Positions 26,117-35,180 of a DNA stretch of 63,568 nucleotides are shown one piece after another. The translations under genes and the position numbers were made by a program. Each line of letters begins with the position of its first letter. The first letter of the stretch is position 1. The DNA is from a virus (taxonomy: Duplodnaviria > Caudoviricetes). The notes beneath the pieces are model-generated. The model saw nothing but the letters and a program-made list of their open reading frames with translations. It made no database searches and had not been told where the DNA came from. The stretch is taken from the IMG/VR virus record IMGVR_UViG_3300048599_000861, positions 1 through 63,568 of that record. The stretch is one strand, 5' to 3'.

Positions 26117-29088
26117 TGGGGAACTGGATACAGACCAGCAGCGCCGGGCCGCAGACTGGCGGAGGAGTCTATGCTCCCCTTCTGCCGGCGAGCGTCTCGG
26201 CGTCTGAGAACACTGCGCTTCGCACGGTCGATCCCAATACGCGCGAACCGATAGACGTGATCGACGTGACGATCACCAGGCAGACGGATGATCGGGCTGA
26301 ATGGTTTGACGGGTGGCTCTACGATCCTGCTGTGGGATGGGGAGGAAGTGAAGGCAGGTGGAAGGTGGGGGATACCGTTCGGATCTACCGCAAGGCCCCA
26401 CCGACTACAACGTCCGGCTACAAGGTCCGCTTCACAACTGGCTCGAGCCAGGGCGAGAACGACCCGGCGAACGCGGTTGAGAGTGGAGCGTTTTCTCTTA
26501 CGGGTGTACAGCGCCCGGCGGCCAGTGGCGTCAGCATCGTCACGCCGGGTGCATTCTCCGTGCGAAGCCGTCCGGACGGCTCGATCTACGCATACATATC
26601 TCCCTTCACTTGGCAGGACCCGACGGCTGATGTATGGGCGTTCTTCACGCGCATCACCGTACAGGTGGGGCGCTACATCAGCGGCGTCTGGACGCCGGCC
26701 CCGGGTCGCACTGCGGCGGTAGATGAAGGTGGAGATGAGATTCCCCATGCCGGCACGCAGGTTACTGGTGGATCGCACTCCACCAATGGGCTCGCGCTCG
26801 ACTTCAATGCTCCGGGGTCGCTCAACAACATCGTGAAATTCCGGTTCTATCTACAGAATCGGCTCAGCACGAGCGAGTGGGATTTTACCGACACCAACAA
26901 GACCAGGTATCAGCTCGACTACGACGTCAGCATTACCCCCATCGCCGTGTCGTCGGTGGCATTGAGCGAGACCGGCTCTCGCAGCATCAACGCCAGCCAG
27001 GAGACCTTCTCCACCACCAGGACTACGGTGGCGGTGTCGGTGAATCCGGCGACGCTATCGCTGACGCTCTGGCACAGCTACGATAACGGGACGACATGGG
27101 ATTGGATCGGATGGTTCGACAAGACGGGAACCTCCGGGATCACGCTCGATGTCGTGCATGCCGTCCCGCTGACGGCCGGTACGTGGAAAGCGGCGGTGGC
27201 TCCGCGCCAGGTAGGACGCACCTCGACGCTACCAGCCGACGCGGTGGTGAGCTCCGCATACGCAATGCCTGGGCTTTCCGCGCCAGCCGCCTCCTCGGTG
27301 CATTCCGCCTCTGTCAGCACGCCTGTGCTCTACAGGGTCAACGAGCAGGGGATTCAGTACTGGGGTCTGGAGTATGTGAAGGCAACGCTGAATGGCACAG
27401 CGGGAGCTGCCGTTGACGTCTACGCGTGGACCACAAAGTGGCAGGTGCGGAAGTGCAACATTGACGGAAGCGTCGCCGCTCCCGATGCTGAGGGAGAGTG
27501 GAGAACCTTCGCTGAGGTGCTGCGCCCGATTACAAACAAGGAATTCGTCATCCCGATTGACCAGTGGACAGTGCCGGCCGATCCTACATATTCGTATTTC
27601 CAGTTTCGAATCGTCCTGATAAATCGAAATGAGACGTCTACGATCGCGACGTGCTGGGGGGGCGGCGCTACAGCTTCGTCTCCATTTCAAGTCCTGCCGC
27701 AGGGCAGAACGCTGAAATTGACCGCGGCAAGCCCGGAAACCATCGGAGTTGTGGGCGATGGTCGGGAGCTGTTGGTGGATTGCGGCTTTGAGTTTTCCGC
27801 GATTGGTCCCGTTGATGGCACGCCCGGAAAACGGAGGTGGTATCCCAACTCGGGCAGTATGGCCGTCGCGGCCGGGGCGGGACTCCCAGCCGGCGGGGGC
27901 CAATATGCTTCTGTGCCGTATGTCCAGTACGCCGGAGCCTTGCAGTTTGTGCCAGTCCGTGTTGGCTACCGATACTTGCTTGGTTGCTGGGCGCGTTCCG
28001 ACGCTCTAGCGACGCAGCCAATGCGGCTATACGTGGATTTCTATAGCGACAACGGGGATAACCTCGGCTCATTTGCTGCGACGGCAGACTTGCCGTGTTC
28101 GACGACGTGGCAGTGGTACACGCTGCTGTCGCTTCCGGCTCCTTCGGGTGCTTCCTGGGCGCGTACCATCTTTGCCTGGCAACCTTCTGGGAGTGGAGCC
28201 GGCGCGTGGTGGATTGATGGATGTTCCGTGACGGAGGCTGTAGATGTGGGTCCAGGTCTACACGTCAACGCTTCCGGAGGGCTGCAGTTTTCGGCCGGTC
28301 TAGGCTTAGAGGATGATGGATCGGGCGCGTACAGAGTGAAGAACTCTGCGTATATCGAGATCAATGAGGCCGGAGAGCCCATAATAAAGCCGGCATCGAT
28401 ATCGTCGGATAACCTAGCGCCATCTTCGCTCGGTGACCTTTCGAAGTATTCGTCGTCCGTTAGAGCCGTGAGCATTGTGTTTGGTGAGCCCAGCCTACCT
28501 AACACTTTATATCCGAACGGATCAGTTATTTTCGACTTATCTGTCGGCTACTACAAAGCTAATACCTCCGGGGTCTGGAAATCTGCCGCGCGCGCCTCGG
28601 ATATTATTGCCGGGACGCTCGCGTCCGGCGTATCGTACTCCGGCGTCGTGAATGCTGGACAGGTCAATGGCGGGCAGTTCCTGGGTGCTGCATATACGAT
28701 GGTAAACGGGGACACGACGGCTAAAATAGGAGCGTTCTCGGACGTCAATTTCTCCCTGACTGCTGGGTTAAAGGTGAGTTCCGGCTCCAGCTATCTCGGC
28801 GTCGATTCGTTTCGCTTGAAGTGTTCCGCCAATTACGGAAACGATGTCAGTGAGATTAATCCAGGGGGATTTTACCACAGCGTTTCCGGAGATACGTATT
28901 ACGGTCGGCTGCAGCTTGGCAGGCTGCTGGTAAGTCACGGACTGTCAACGGCCAGCTCGGCGTACTGGAATTATCCCCTGGTGCTCGGGAATTATTATAT
29001 TTGGGTCGACGCGTACGGGAGGTTGCGGATCAAGCTGGGTGCGCCAACGAGCGATTTGGATGGCGGACTGGTAGGGCTACAAGCCTAG
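26116..29088 (+). CDS. Tail fibre / receptor-binding protein with carbohydrate-binding-module-like domain
   Basis: Beta-rich; ELLVDCGFE...WWIDGCSVTE (CBM4/9-like); C-terminal LGNYYIWVDAYGRLRIKLGAPTSD motif typical of fibre/spike ends. Confidence 0.7.
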   Translation: MGNWIQTSSAGPQTGGGVYAPLLPASVSASENTALRTVDPNTREPIDVIDVTITRQTDDRAEWFDGWLYDPAVGWGGSEGRWKVGDTVRIYRKAPPTTTSGYKVRFTTGSSQGENDPANAVESGAFSLTGVQRPAASGVSIVTPGAFSVRSRPDGSIYAYISPFTWQDPTADVWAFFTRITVQVGRYISGVWTPAPGRTAAVDEGGDEIPHAGTQVTGGSHSTNGLALDFNAPGSLNNIVKFRFYLQNRLSTSEWDFTDTNKTRYQLDYDVSITPIAVSSVALSETGSRSINASQETFSTTRTTVAVSVNPATLSLTLWHSYDNGTTWDWIGWFDKTGTSGITLDVVHAVPLTAGTWKAAVAPRQVGRTSTLPADAVVSSAYAMPGLSAPAASSVHSASVSTPVLYRVNEQGIQYWGLEYVKATLNGTAGAAVDVYAWTTKWQVRKCNIDGSVAAPDAEGEWRTFAEVLRPITNKEFVIPIDQWTVPADPTYSYFQFRIVLINRNETSTIATCWGGGATASSPFQVLPQGRTLKLTAASPETIGVVGDGRELLVDCGFEFSAIGPVDGTPGKRRWYPNSGSMAVAAGAGLPAGGGQYASVPYVQYAGALQFVPVRVGYRYLLGCWARSDALATQPMRLYVDFYSDNGDNLGSFAATADLPCSTTWQWYTLLSLPAPSGASWARTIFAWQPSGSGAGAWWIDGCSVTEAVDVGPGLHVNASGGLQFSAGLGLEDDGSGAYRVKNSAYIEINEAGEPIIKPASISSDNLAPSSLGDLSKYSSSVRAVSIVFGEPSLPNTLYPNGSVIFDLSVGYYKANTSGVWKSAARASDIIAGTLASGVSYSGVVNAGQVNGGQFLGAAYTMVNGDTTAKIGAFSDVNFSLTAGLKVSSGSSYLGVDSFRLKCSANYGNDVSEINPGGFYHSVSGDTYYGRLQLGRLLVSHGLSTASSAYWNYPLVLGNYYIWVDAYGRLRIKLGAPTSDLDGGLVGLQA

Positions 29089-29105
29089 ACAACGGAAGGA
29101 AAAAA

Positions 29106-29465
29106 ATGAACGAGACCGAAAAAGAGAAAGCGATTCGAGATTTAGTGGCTTCTGGCGGTTCGATGGAGACGTTAATCAGTCAACTGCACACGCAGCGCCG
29201 AAAGCTGGAGTTAGAGCAGGCGCGCGCGCGCCAGCCGCAAGTGTCATTGTCGGATGGTTTCGTCGATGCCATCCGCGACGAACTGCGTAGGCAACCGACA
29301 GTCGATGAGATGACTCCGTCCGGCATGGACTATCTCTGCTTATCGGTTCAGGACTGCATTGACTCCGGGAACCTCACGGACATCATGTTTGCCTTGGCGC
29401 GGGTGTGGCGCAAGGCTTGGTTTCTCCAACCGCACCTTGGACCGATCACTCAACCGAAAACGTGA
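29106..29465 (+). CDS. Hypothetical protein (possible fibre chaperone)
   Basis: AAGGA RBS; directly follows the fibre gene. Confidence 0.55.
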   Translation: MNETEKEKAIRDLVASGGSMETLISQLHTQRRKLELEQARARQPQVSLSDGFVDAIRDELRRQPTVDEMTPSGMDYLCLSVQDCIDSGNLTDIMFALARVWRKAWFLQPHLGPITQPKT

Positions 29466-29826
29466 CGAGGTTGTCTTGTTTGGTATACCGCTGTACGGAT
29501 AATGAGGCAATTTCCGCGCGCGGAACCAATACGAGGGCGGTGCCGCAGTAGCCAGCATTGAGATGCGGTGGGTTACGCAGCCAGATCGTTCCGGTCTCGG
29601 CGTTGCGCCGCGTGTATCGGATCTCAAAAGCGTCGCTTGGGAAGTCGCTGCATGCGGTGATGAGCACGCCACGCACCTCCGCCGGCGGATCAACGACCGC
29701 CGGTATCGGTAGCGGGTTTCGATTCGACCAGTCCAGCACAAAAATCTCGACGTTATCTTGACGCGCCCTGTAGGGCGTTTGGGAAAACGCCGCAAGTGCA
29801 ATCAAGCATAGTAGTGAGCGCTTCAT
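29446..29826 (-). CDS. Exported hypothetical protein, opposite strand (moron-like)
   Basis: Signal peptide MKRSLLCLIALAAFS; two Cys in mature part; own upstream intergenic region. Confidence 0.6.
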   Translation of the reverse strand: MKRSLLCLIALAAFSQTPYRARQDNVEIFVLDWSNRNPLPIPAVVDPPAEVRGVLITACSDFPSDAFEIRYTRRNAETGTIWLRNPPHLNAGYCGTALVLVPRAEIASLSVQRYTKQDNLVTFSVE

Positions 29827-30029
29827 GGCGAGCACAGTATAGCACATGCGTTTTTTTCGGTGTGAGTCAGGCAGTGACTTGCGCTACGTAGTTTCGTATA
29901 TCTTACGACCGAGCACCAACTGAAGGCACAGGGAGTGTTACTGTCTGCGTATCAGTGTGCATTGGCGGTGTTGTGCGGCGCCGCGCCACTTCGGCCGGGA
30001 AGGAATAACACCAAGGGGGGAATTGGTGA

Positions 30030-30686
30030 ATGGAAGAACCGCTGGCGGTAATGCGGGCGCTTGTGAGGGTTCTTAGGTCTCTGGGATTCACAAATCCAGC
30101 CATTACAGCCGCGCTTGGAAACATCGGGAAGGAAACCGGTTTTAGGTTGTGCGAGGAAGATTTGGATTACAGGCGCACCCCAAACTCCCGTATCAGGAAG
30201 GTGTTTGGATCTCGAATCAACATGTCCGACGATGCGCTGACGGCCATGAAGCAGTCGCCGGAGCGATTTGCGGAGCACGTGTACGGTATGGGGTGCGTCC
30301 TGGGGCGCAGAATAGGGAACACGGGTCCCGGGGATGGGTGGAAGTTTCGGGGGAGAGGGTACATACAGATAACCGGGCGCACAAACTATCTACGCGCCTC
30401 TCGTGATCTATACGGCGATGATCGGCTGGTGCAACACCCCGAGATGCTGAATGATCCTGAATGCGCGGCGACCGTCTCTGGTTGGTACCTGCTTCGTGCA
30501 GTGCCAATAATGGCGAAGCGAATGGGACTAGACCCGGCTGCGTGCTCGCAATCCGATATGAATCTTCTGTACACGAGCGCCATCGCCGGAACCCCGATTA
30601 GGCGCGGGGTTGGGTACCTGGGGAATGAAGTCATAAAGAAAGTGGACGCCTGGGCCGACAAGGTGGTGGAGGTGGTGAATGAGTAA
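30030..30686 (+). CDS. Endolysin, glycoside hydrolase family 19-like
   Basis: KETG..EEDL; GNTGPGDGWKFRGRGYIQITGRTNY. Confidence 0.9.
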   Translation: MEEPLAVMRALVRVLRSLGFTNPAITAALGNIGKETGFRLCEEDLDYRRTPNSRIRKVFGSRINMSDDALTAMKQSPERFAEHVYGMGCVLGRRIGNTGPGDGWKFRGRGYIQITGRTNYLRASRDLYGDDRLVQHPEMLNDPECAATVSGWYLLRAVPIMAKRMGLDPAACSQSDMNLLYTSAIAGTPIRRGVGYLGNEVIKKVDAWADKVVEVVNE

Positions 30687-31365
30687 GATGAAGGATGTGC
30701 TGGTCTGCGCATTGCTGGCGTCCATGACGTTGGTGGCGGTATACGCCGTCCTACTGATCCGGGAGGCCACGACAGCTATGCGCGCGGTTCCGGCGTGGCT
30801 CCAGACCGAAGTGCAGGCCACCCGCGCGGACCTCGTCGGGCAGCTCGCCGACGCGCGGAGCGACATCACCGCCCAGATCGAGGGAGCACGGACGGACGCG
30901 CTCACCAGGACCGAGCGTCAGGTAGCGGCACTCCAATCCGGCGTACTGCAAGAAGTTGGCCTGATACGGCAGACTGCCGACCGGCGGCTCGGCGATACCC
31001 TGGCGCGGGCGGATACGGCACTGGCGCAGGTCGCGGGTCTTCGCTCGGACCTAAAACCGGCCATCGATGGTGCAGTCGCCTTGGAGACGGATGCGAAGGA
31101 CTCCTGGGATGACATGTATTGGGACGTGAAGGCGCTCGTAGGCTCGGCGACCGTCGCGGCGCGCGGCGTCGCGGAAACCTCGGATGCGGTCGGGCAGGCC
31201 GCGCCCAAACTGACGATCGCAGCAGCCAGTATTGGCGCCAGCGCGTCCGGCATAGCCGCCGACGTCAAGCGCGAGGTTGACGAGGCGACCAAGCCAAAGA
31301 AGTGGTGGCAGAAGGTGCTCGGCCCGTTCTACACCGCGGTTCGACTCGTCGGCGTGTTCCTGTAA
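30679..31365 (+). CDS. Membrane-anchored coiled-coil protein (spanin-like candidate)
   Basis: N-terminal TM helix, long Ala-rich helical body, C-terminal KKWWQKVLG..hydrophobic tail; follows endolysin. Confidence 0.55.
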   Translation: MSKMKDVLVCALLASMTLVAVYAVLLIREATTAMRAVPAWLQTEVQATRADLVGQLADARSDITAQIEGARTDALTRTERQVAALQSGVLQEVGLIRQTADRRLGDTLARADTALAQVAGLRSDLKPAIDGAVALETDAKDSWDDMYWDVKALVGSATVAARGVAETSDAVGQAAPKLTIAAASIGASASGIAADVKREVDEATKPKKWWQKVLGPFYTAVRLVGVFL

Positions 31366-31389
31366 TCAATCTCGAAAGGACAACCGAAT

Positions 31390-31866
31390 ATGAAGTTTCG
31401 ACTCGTTGTAATTATCGCTCTGTGCATGGCCGTCACCGCCATGGCGCAGACCACGCTGCCGACTCTGTCGCAGCCGCAGTTCATCCTGTCCGGCGGTCTC
31501 GGGTTCAATCACTACGAGACACCGCAGATCAAGGGGCAGCTCAGCTTCGCGACGCGCGTCGCGGACGGTCTCTACAATATCTCTACGCTGAACACCACGT
31601 CCAAGGTTTCCACGCTCTCCACCGGGATCGCGAAGCGGTTTCATGTTGGCGAGGGATTCGCGCTGTCGGCCTTGGTGGATGGCGGCATTGCGACGGGCGG
31701 AGGGAATGTCGGCGGGGCGGTGTCCGGAGGCGGCATCCTCACTTACGACGTGTCGAAATGGTCGAAGGTGTCGGGATCGTTCGCATACGGAGCGGTCCAG
31801 ATCGCACAGACGAGTCTGGGCGGCGTGCAACCGACGTTCTCGTTCGGGGTGGGAAAGGTGTTCTAG
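31390..31866 (+). CDS. Small outer-membrane beta-barrel-like protein
   Basis: Sec signal MKFRLVVIIALCMAVTAMA; alternating amphipathic strands; ends TFSFGVGKVF (terminal Phe beta-signal). Confidence 0.65.
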   Translation: MKFRLVVIIALCMAVTAMAQTTLPTLSQPQFILSGGLGFNHYETPQIKGQLSFATRVADGLYNISTLNTTSKVSTLSTGIAKRFHVGEGFALSALVDGGIATGGGNVGGAVSGGGILTYDVSKWSKVSGSFAYGAVQIAQTSLGGVQPTFSFGVGKVF

Positions 31867-31886
31867 GCGGAGCAGGGCCTGGAGAG

Positions 31887-32096
31887 ATGAACTCGTTATC
31901 TAACATTCTGCGCCAAATTGGATCCGGCTTGGCGGTGTTTATTGAACGTGAAGCCGGACACATTGTGATCCTCGTCGTCCTTATCTGGTGGAGTTGCCAG
32001 ATAATGCAACATAACGTCGAGTTCGGGCAACGACTGGCAGATCAGGCGATCGGAGCATTGCTGTATGCGATGAACATTCGCAGGCAGAAAAGATAA
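31887..32096 (+). CDS. Small membrane protein (holin candidate)
   Basis: GGAG RBS; hydrophobic HIVILVVLIWW and AIGALLYAM; basic C-terminus RRQKR. Confidence 0.55.
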   Translation: MNSLSNILRQIGSGLAVFIEREAGHIVILVVLIWWSCQIMQHNVEFGQRLADQAIGALLYAMNIRRQKR

Positions 32097-32125
32097 AAGC
32101 ACAACGGGATGGGGGGGGGCGTTCC

Positions 32126-32431
32126 ATGGAGACGGGAGACATCAGTCTAGACGAGCACAAGTTCCGGCTGCACGTGGTGGAGTCGTTGACTCGCCTGGAG
32201 GTGATCGGAGAGGCAACAACGAGTCACCTGGCTAGGCTAAACGGGAGCGTGGCGCGGCACGAAGAGAGGATTGGCACCATCCAGGCGTCTATGGTAGACC
32301 AAGCGGCCGAGCGCAGAACGGTCGTGGCGTGGTGGGCGCGCCTGTCCCCACTGGTGTGGCTGGCGGTTGGTGGGGTTATCGCGATGTTTTTAATGCACGG
32401 GAAAGAGCTTCTGCAGGTCTTTAAGGGGTAG
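32126..32431 (+). CDS. XhlA/holin-like membrane protein
   Basis: LARLNGSVARHEERI coiled coil plus C-terminal TM helix. Confidence 0.6.
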   Translation: METGDISLDEHKFRLHVVESLTRLEVIGEATTSHLARLNGSVARHEERIGTIQASMVDQAAERRTVVAWWARLSPLVWLAVGGVIAMFLMHGKELLQVFKG

Positions 32432-32434
32432 ACG

Positions 32435-34138
32435 ATGAAAACGATGAAAGTGTCTCTGCTTGCGGCCATCTTGCTGTGCGCGAGCGCCATAGCGGCGGTT
32501 GAGATATCCGATACCGTCTCTACTCCATTCAGCGGGATAGCGTTCAACGGAAGAATGGTCGTCTCTGGACCAAACATGACCACGGCCGATGGCCGAACGG
32601 TATTGAGGTGGCAGGCCACATATCAAGTGTCATCTGGGGTGATTTCTCCGAGTATATATCTGGAGCCAAACGACACCTCAACACCGCCCGGCACTTCGTA
32701 TTCGGTGCGGTACATGCCTTCCGCCGGAGGAGGCCCAGCGTGGACAGAGACGTGGGTTGTCCCGACCAGCAATACGCCGCTGACGATACAGCAGGTGCGC
32801 ATCGTTGGATACTCCCAACTGACCGCTGGGCTCATGGTTGCGCCCACCCAGATCTTGAGATCGGGAGCCACCACCGGTCAGTCGATGTGCTGGGATGGGG
32901 CGCGCTGGGGCCCCGGAACGTGCGGCGGCGCGTCGAGCGTGTTCGGAAGAACGGGTACGGTGACGGCGCAATTAGGAGACTACACCACGGCGCAGGTAAC
33001 CGAATCGGGCAATCTGTATTTCACCTCGGCGCGCGTACTCTCGGCCATGTCCGGTTTGTATCAGGCTCCGATTTTAGGGGCTCCGAGCACCTGGCCATCC
33101 TCGTTCACGCCCGCGACTCACGCATCGAGCCACGCCAGCGCCGGTGCCGATCCTCTGACCATCGGACAATCGCAGGTGAGCGACCTCGTCTCGGACCTTG
33201 CGGAGAAAGCAATGGCCTCCGATCTCGCGGCGCACTCATCCCGGGCCGACAACCCGCACGCGGTCACGAAAACACAGGTGGGGCTCGGCAGCGTTGATAA
33301 TACGGCCGATTCTGCAAAGCCCATCAGTTCCGCGACGCAATCAGCCCTGGATCTGAAACTCGCCACGTCGGCGCGCGGCGCCGCGGACGGTGTTGCGTCG
33401 CTGGACTCCGGCGCGAAGGTGCCCACGGCTCAGTTGCCCCCATCGGTCGTACAGACCGACGGATCCGGCAACGTGGCCATCGCTGGCTCAGCGAGCTTTG
33501 GGACCCCCGGCCAGTCTACATATATTGACATGGTTAGTGGGACGTGTCCCACTACCGCGAGCACTGGGTATGATGGGACGCTGTGCTTCCAGGCTGGGCA
33601 ACTCTGCCAGGTTACGAACGGGGCCCCGGTATGTGGGCTCGGCGGATCTGGAGGATCGGGCGGCCCCACGTCGTATCCGCTGCGGACGAAGATCAGCGGG
33701 GCGACGAGGGATTCCACGACGGATGGCTCGGTCGATACGTACACGATCCCAGCCAGTACCATGGCGGTGGGAGATATCCTGCGCATTCATGCGTATTGGA
33801 CCCATACCGGCGGTACTACCCTGGTGCCCCGCATCAACACCAAGATCGGGGGCTCCGCGATCCACTCACAGATAGCCCCGGTCGCGTCGGAAACAGCGCT
33901 CAGGTTGGATGCCGAGATCATGATCGTCGCATCGGGTGTGTCTGCCCAAAGTGCAAGTACCGCCTGGTACCGTTTGGCGGCTGGAAGCTTTGGGGGAGCA
34001 CTGGCCGGATCTCCGTCGTTTGATCCGAACGCGGCACAGACCATCGATTTCAGGTGCAACTGGCAGACAGGGTCAGGCGAGACGTTGACGCTTGTCTGGT
34101 TCAGCGTCGAAATCGTGAAGGTCGCGAACGTTCAGTAG
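32435..34138 (+). CDS. Signal-peptide-bearing tail-fibre-like protein
   Basis: Signal MKTMKVSLLAAILLCASAIAA; fibre-type motifs SSVFGRTG..GDYTTAQVTE..NLYFT, DNPHAVTKTQVGLGSVDNTAD..KPIS.ATQ.ALD, GVASLDSGAKVP. Confidence 0.7.
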   Translation: MKTMKVSLLAAILLCASAIAAVEISDTVSTPFSGIAFNGRMVVSGPNMTTADGRTVLRWQATYQVSSGVISPSIYLEPNDTSTPPGTSYSVRYMPSAGGGPAWTETWVVPTSNTPLTIQQVRIVGYSQLTAGLMVAPTQILRSGATTGQSMCWDGARWGPGTCGGASSVFGRTGTVTAQLGDYTTAQVTESGNLYFTSARVLSAMSGLYQAPILGAPSTWPSSFTPATHASSHASAGADPLTIGQSQVSDLVSDLAEKAMASDLAAHSSRADNPHAVTKTQVGLGSVDNTADSAKPISSATQSALDLKLATSARGAADGVASLDSGAKVPTAQLPPSVVQTDGSGNVAIAGSASFGTPGQSTYIDMVSGTCPTTASTGYDGTLCFQAGQLCQVTNGAPVCGLGGSGGSGGPTSYPLRTKISGATRDSTTDGSVDTYTIPASTMAVGDILRIHAYWTHTGGTTLVPRINTKIGGSAIHSQIAPVASETALRLDAEIMIVASGVSAQSASTAWYRLAAGSFGGALAGSPSFDPNAAQTIDFRCNWQTGSGETLTLVWFSVEIVKVANVQ

Positions 34139-34153
34139 GAAAAGGAGCATAAG

Positions 34154-35155
34154 ATGGACCAACAGTTTATCGACTACATCATTCGGCAGGCCGCGCTCGC
34201 GCAGGCGAGATACGACGCGACGTACGCCGACGATTTGCGGCGGTTCCAGGAGGGATGCGAGGCGTATCCGGCGCGCGCGCAACACCAGTACGATATCGAC
34301 GGCACGATTCTTGTGCCTCCGACCGTACCGGTAAAGAAGACATGCGCTGAGGTCAACGGGATCTTGGTCGAGGGCACATGGGTGGACCCGAACCTGCACG
34401 CGCCCGTGTTCAGCCCGCAGGTGGTGCCCGTGCCCACTGGGCTGCCCAACATTTCGCAAGCCACCACACTGGATCAGATCGCGCTCAGATTGGACCAGCT
34501 CGGCGGCATGCTGGTCCTGCTCGCCAATAAGCTCGACGTGATCACGGGAGCGATGAAGATTCCCCTGTTGCTGATCGCGTGCGGATTGCTTGCGGTCGGA
34601 ATGGGGATGGCCGCCGAGCAACATTCCGCTACCCTGGCGTGGCAGGACAGCGTCAACCCGGCGGGCACGACCTATATCGTGCTCGGGGCCTCGGGTGCGT
34701 GTACGACTACTACTCCGTTTTCAGTTTTGGCGTCCGGCGTGACGGCCAAGACTTACCGGGATACGCCCCTGTCTCCGGGACCACGATGTTACGTCGTTAA
34801 GGCGACCTACAATGGAAAAGAGTCCGCCCCCTCGGACTCTGTAACAGGATCGGTCCCGGCATTTCCCCCGTCCGGGCTGGCCGTCACAGGTCGCGTCCTG
34901 GCTTGGGTTGCCAGCCCGGATGGGGGCACAAATTCGGTATACCGTGCAGTCGGTATCTGTTCCGGCATTTCTTCGGCAACGAAGATCGCTACGGGGCTGT
35001 CTGCACTCACGTACACCGATGTTGTGCTGCCCGCTGGGGACTATTGCTACGGTGTGACTTCTACCGTTGGGGGAGTCGAGTCGCCGCCGTCGAACACCGT
35101 GCAGGTTTCGATTGCAGCAGCGTCTCCGACGCAAGTCACGGTCCAGGTGCAGTAG
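34154..35155 (+). CDS. Two-part ORF: N-terminal hypothetical domain plus signal-peptide-bearing tandem fibronectin type III protein (internal start 34553)
   Basis: GGAG-N2-ATG at 34553, MKIPLLLIACGLLAVGMGMAA; two FN3-like repeats (ATLAW..TY.D..CYVVKA..ESAPS / LAW..TYTD..YCYGVT..ESPPS). Confidence 0.65.
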   Translation: MDQQFIDYIIRQAALAQARYDATYADDLRRFQEGCEAYPARAQHQYDIDGTILVPPTVPVKKTCAEVNGILVEGTWVDPNLHAPVFSPQVVPVPTGLPNISQATTLDQIALRLDQLGGMLVLLANKLDVITGAMKIPLLLIACGLLAVGMGMAAEQHSATLAWQDSVNPAGTTYIVLGASGACTTTTPFSVLASGVTAKTYRDTPLSPGPRCYVVKATYNGKESAPSDSVTGSVPAFPPSGLAVTGRVLAWVASPDGGTNSVYRAVGICSGISSATKIATGLSALTYTDVVLPAGDYCYGVTSTVGGVESPPSNTVQVSIAAASPTQVTVQVQ

Positions 35156-35180
35156 CCAGTAATCTAGGGGGGCTGAAGAA

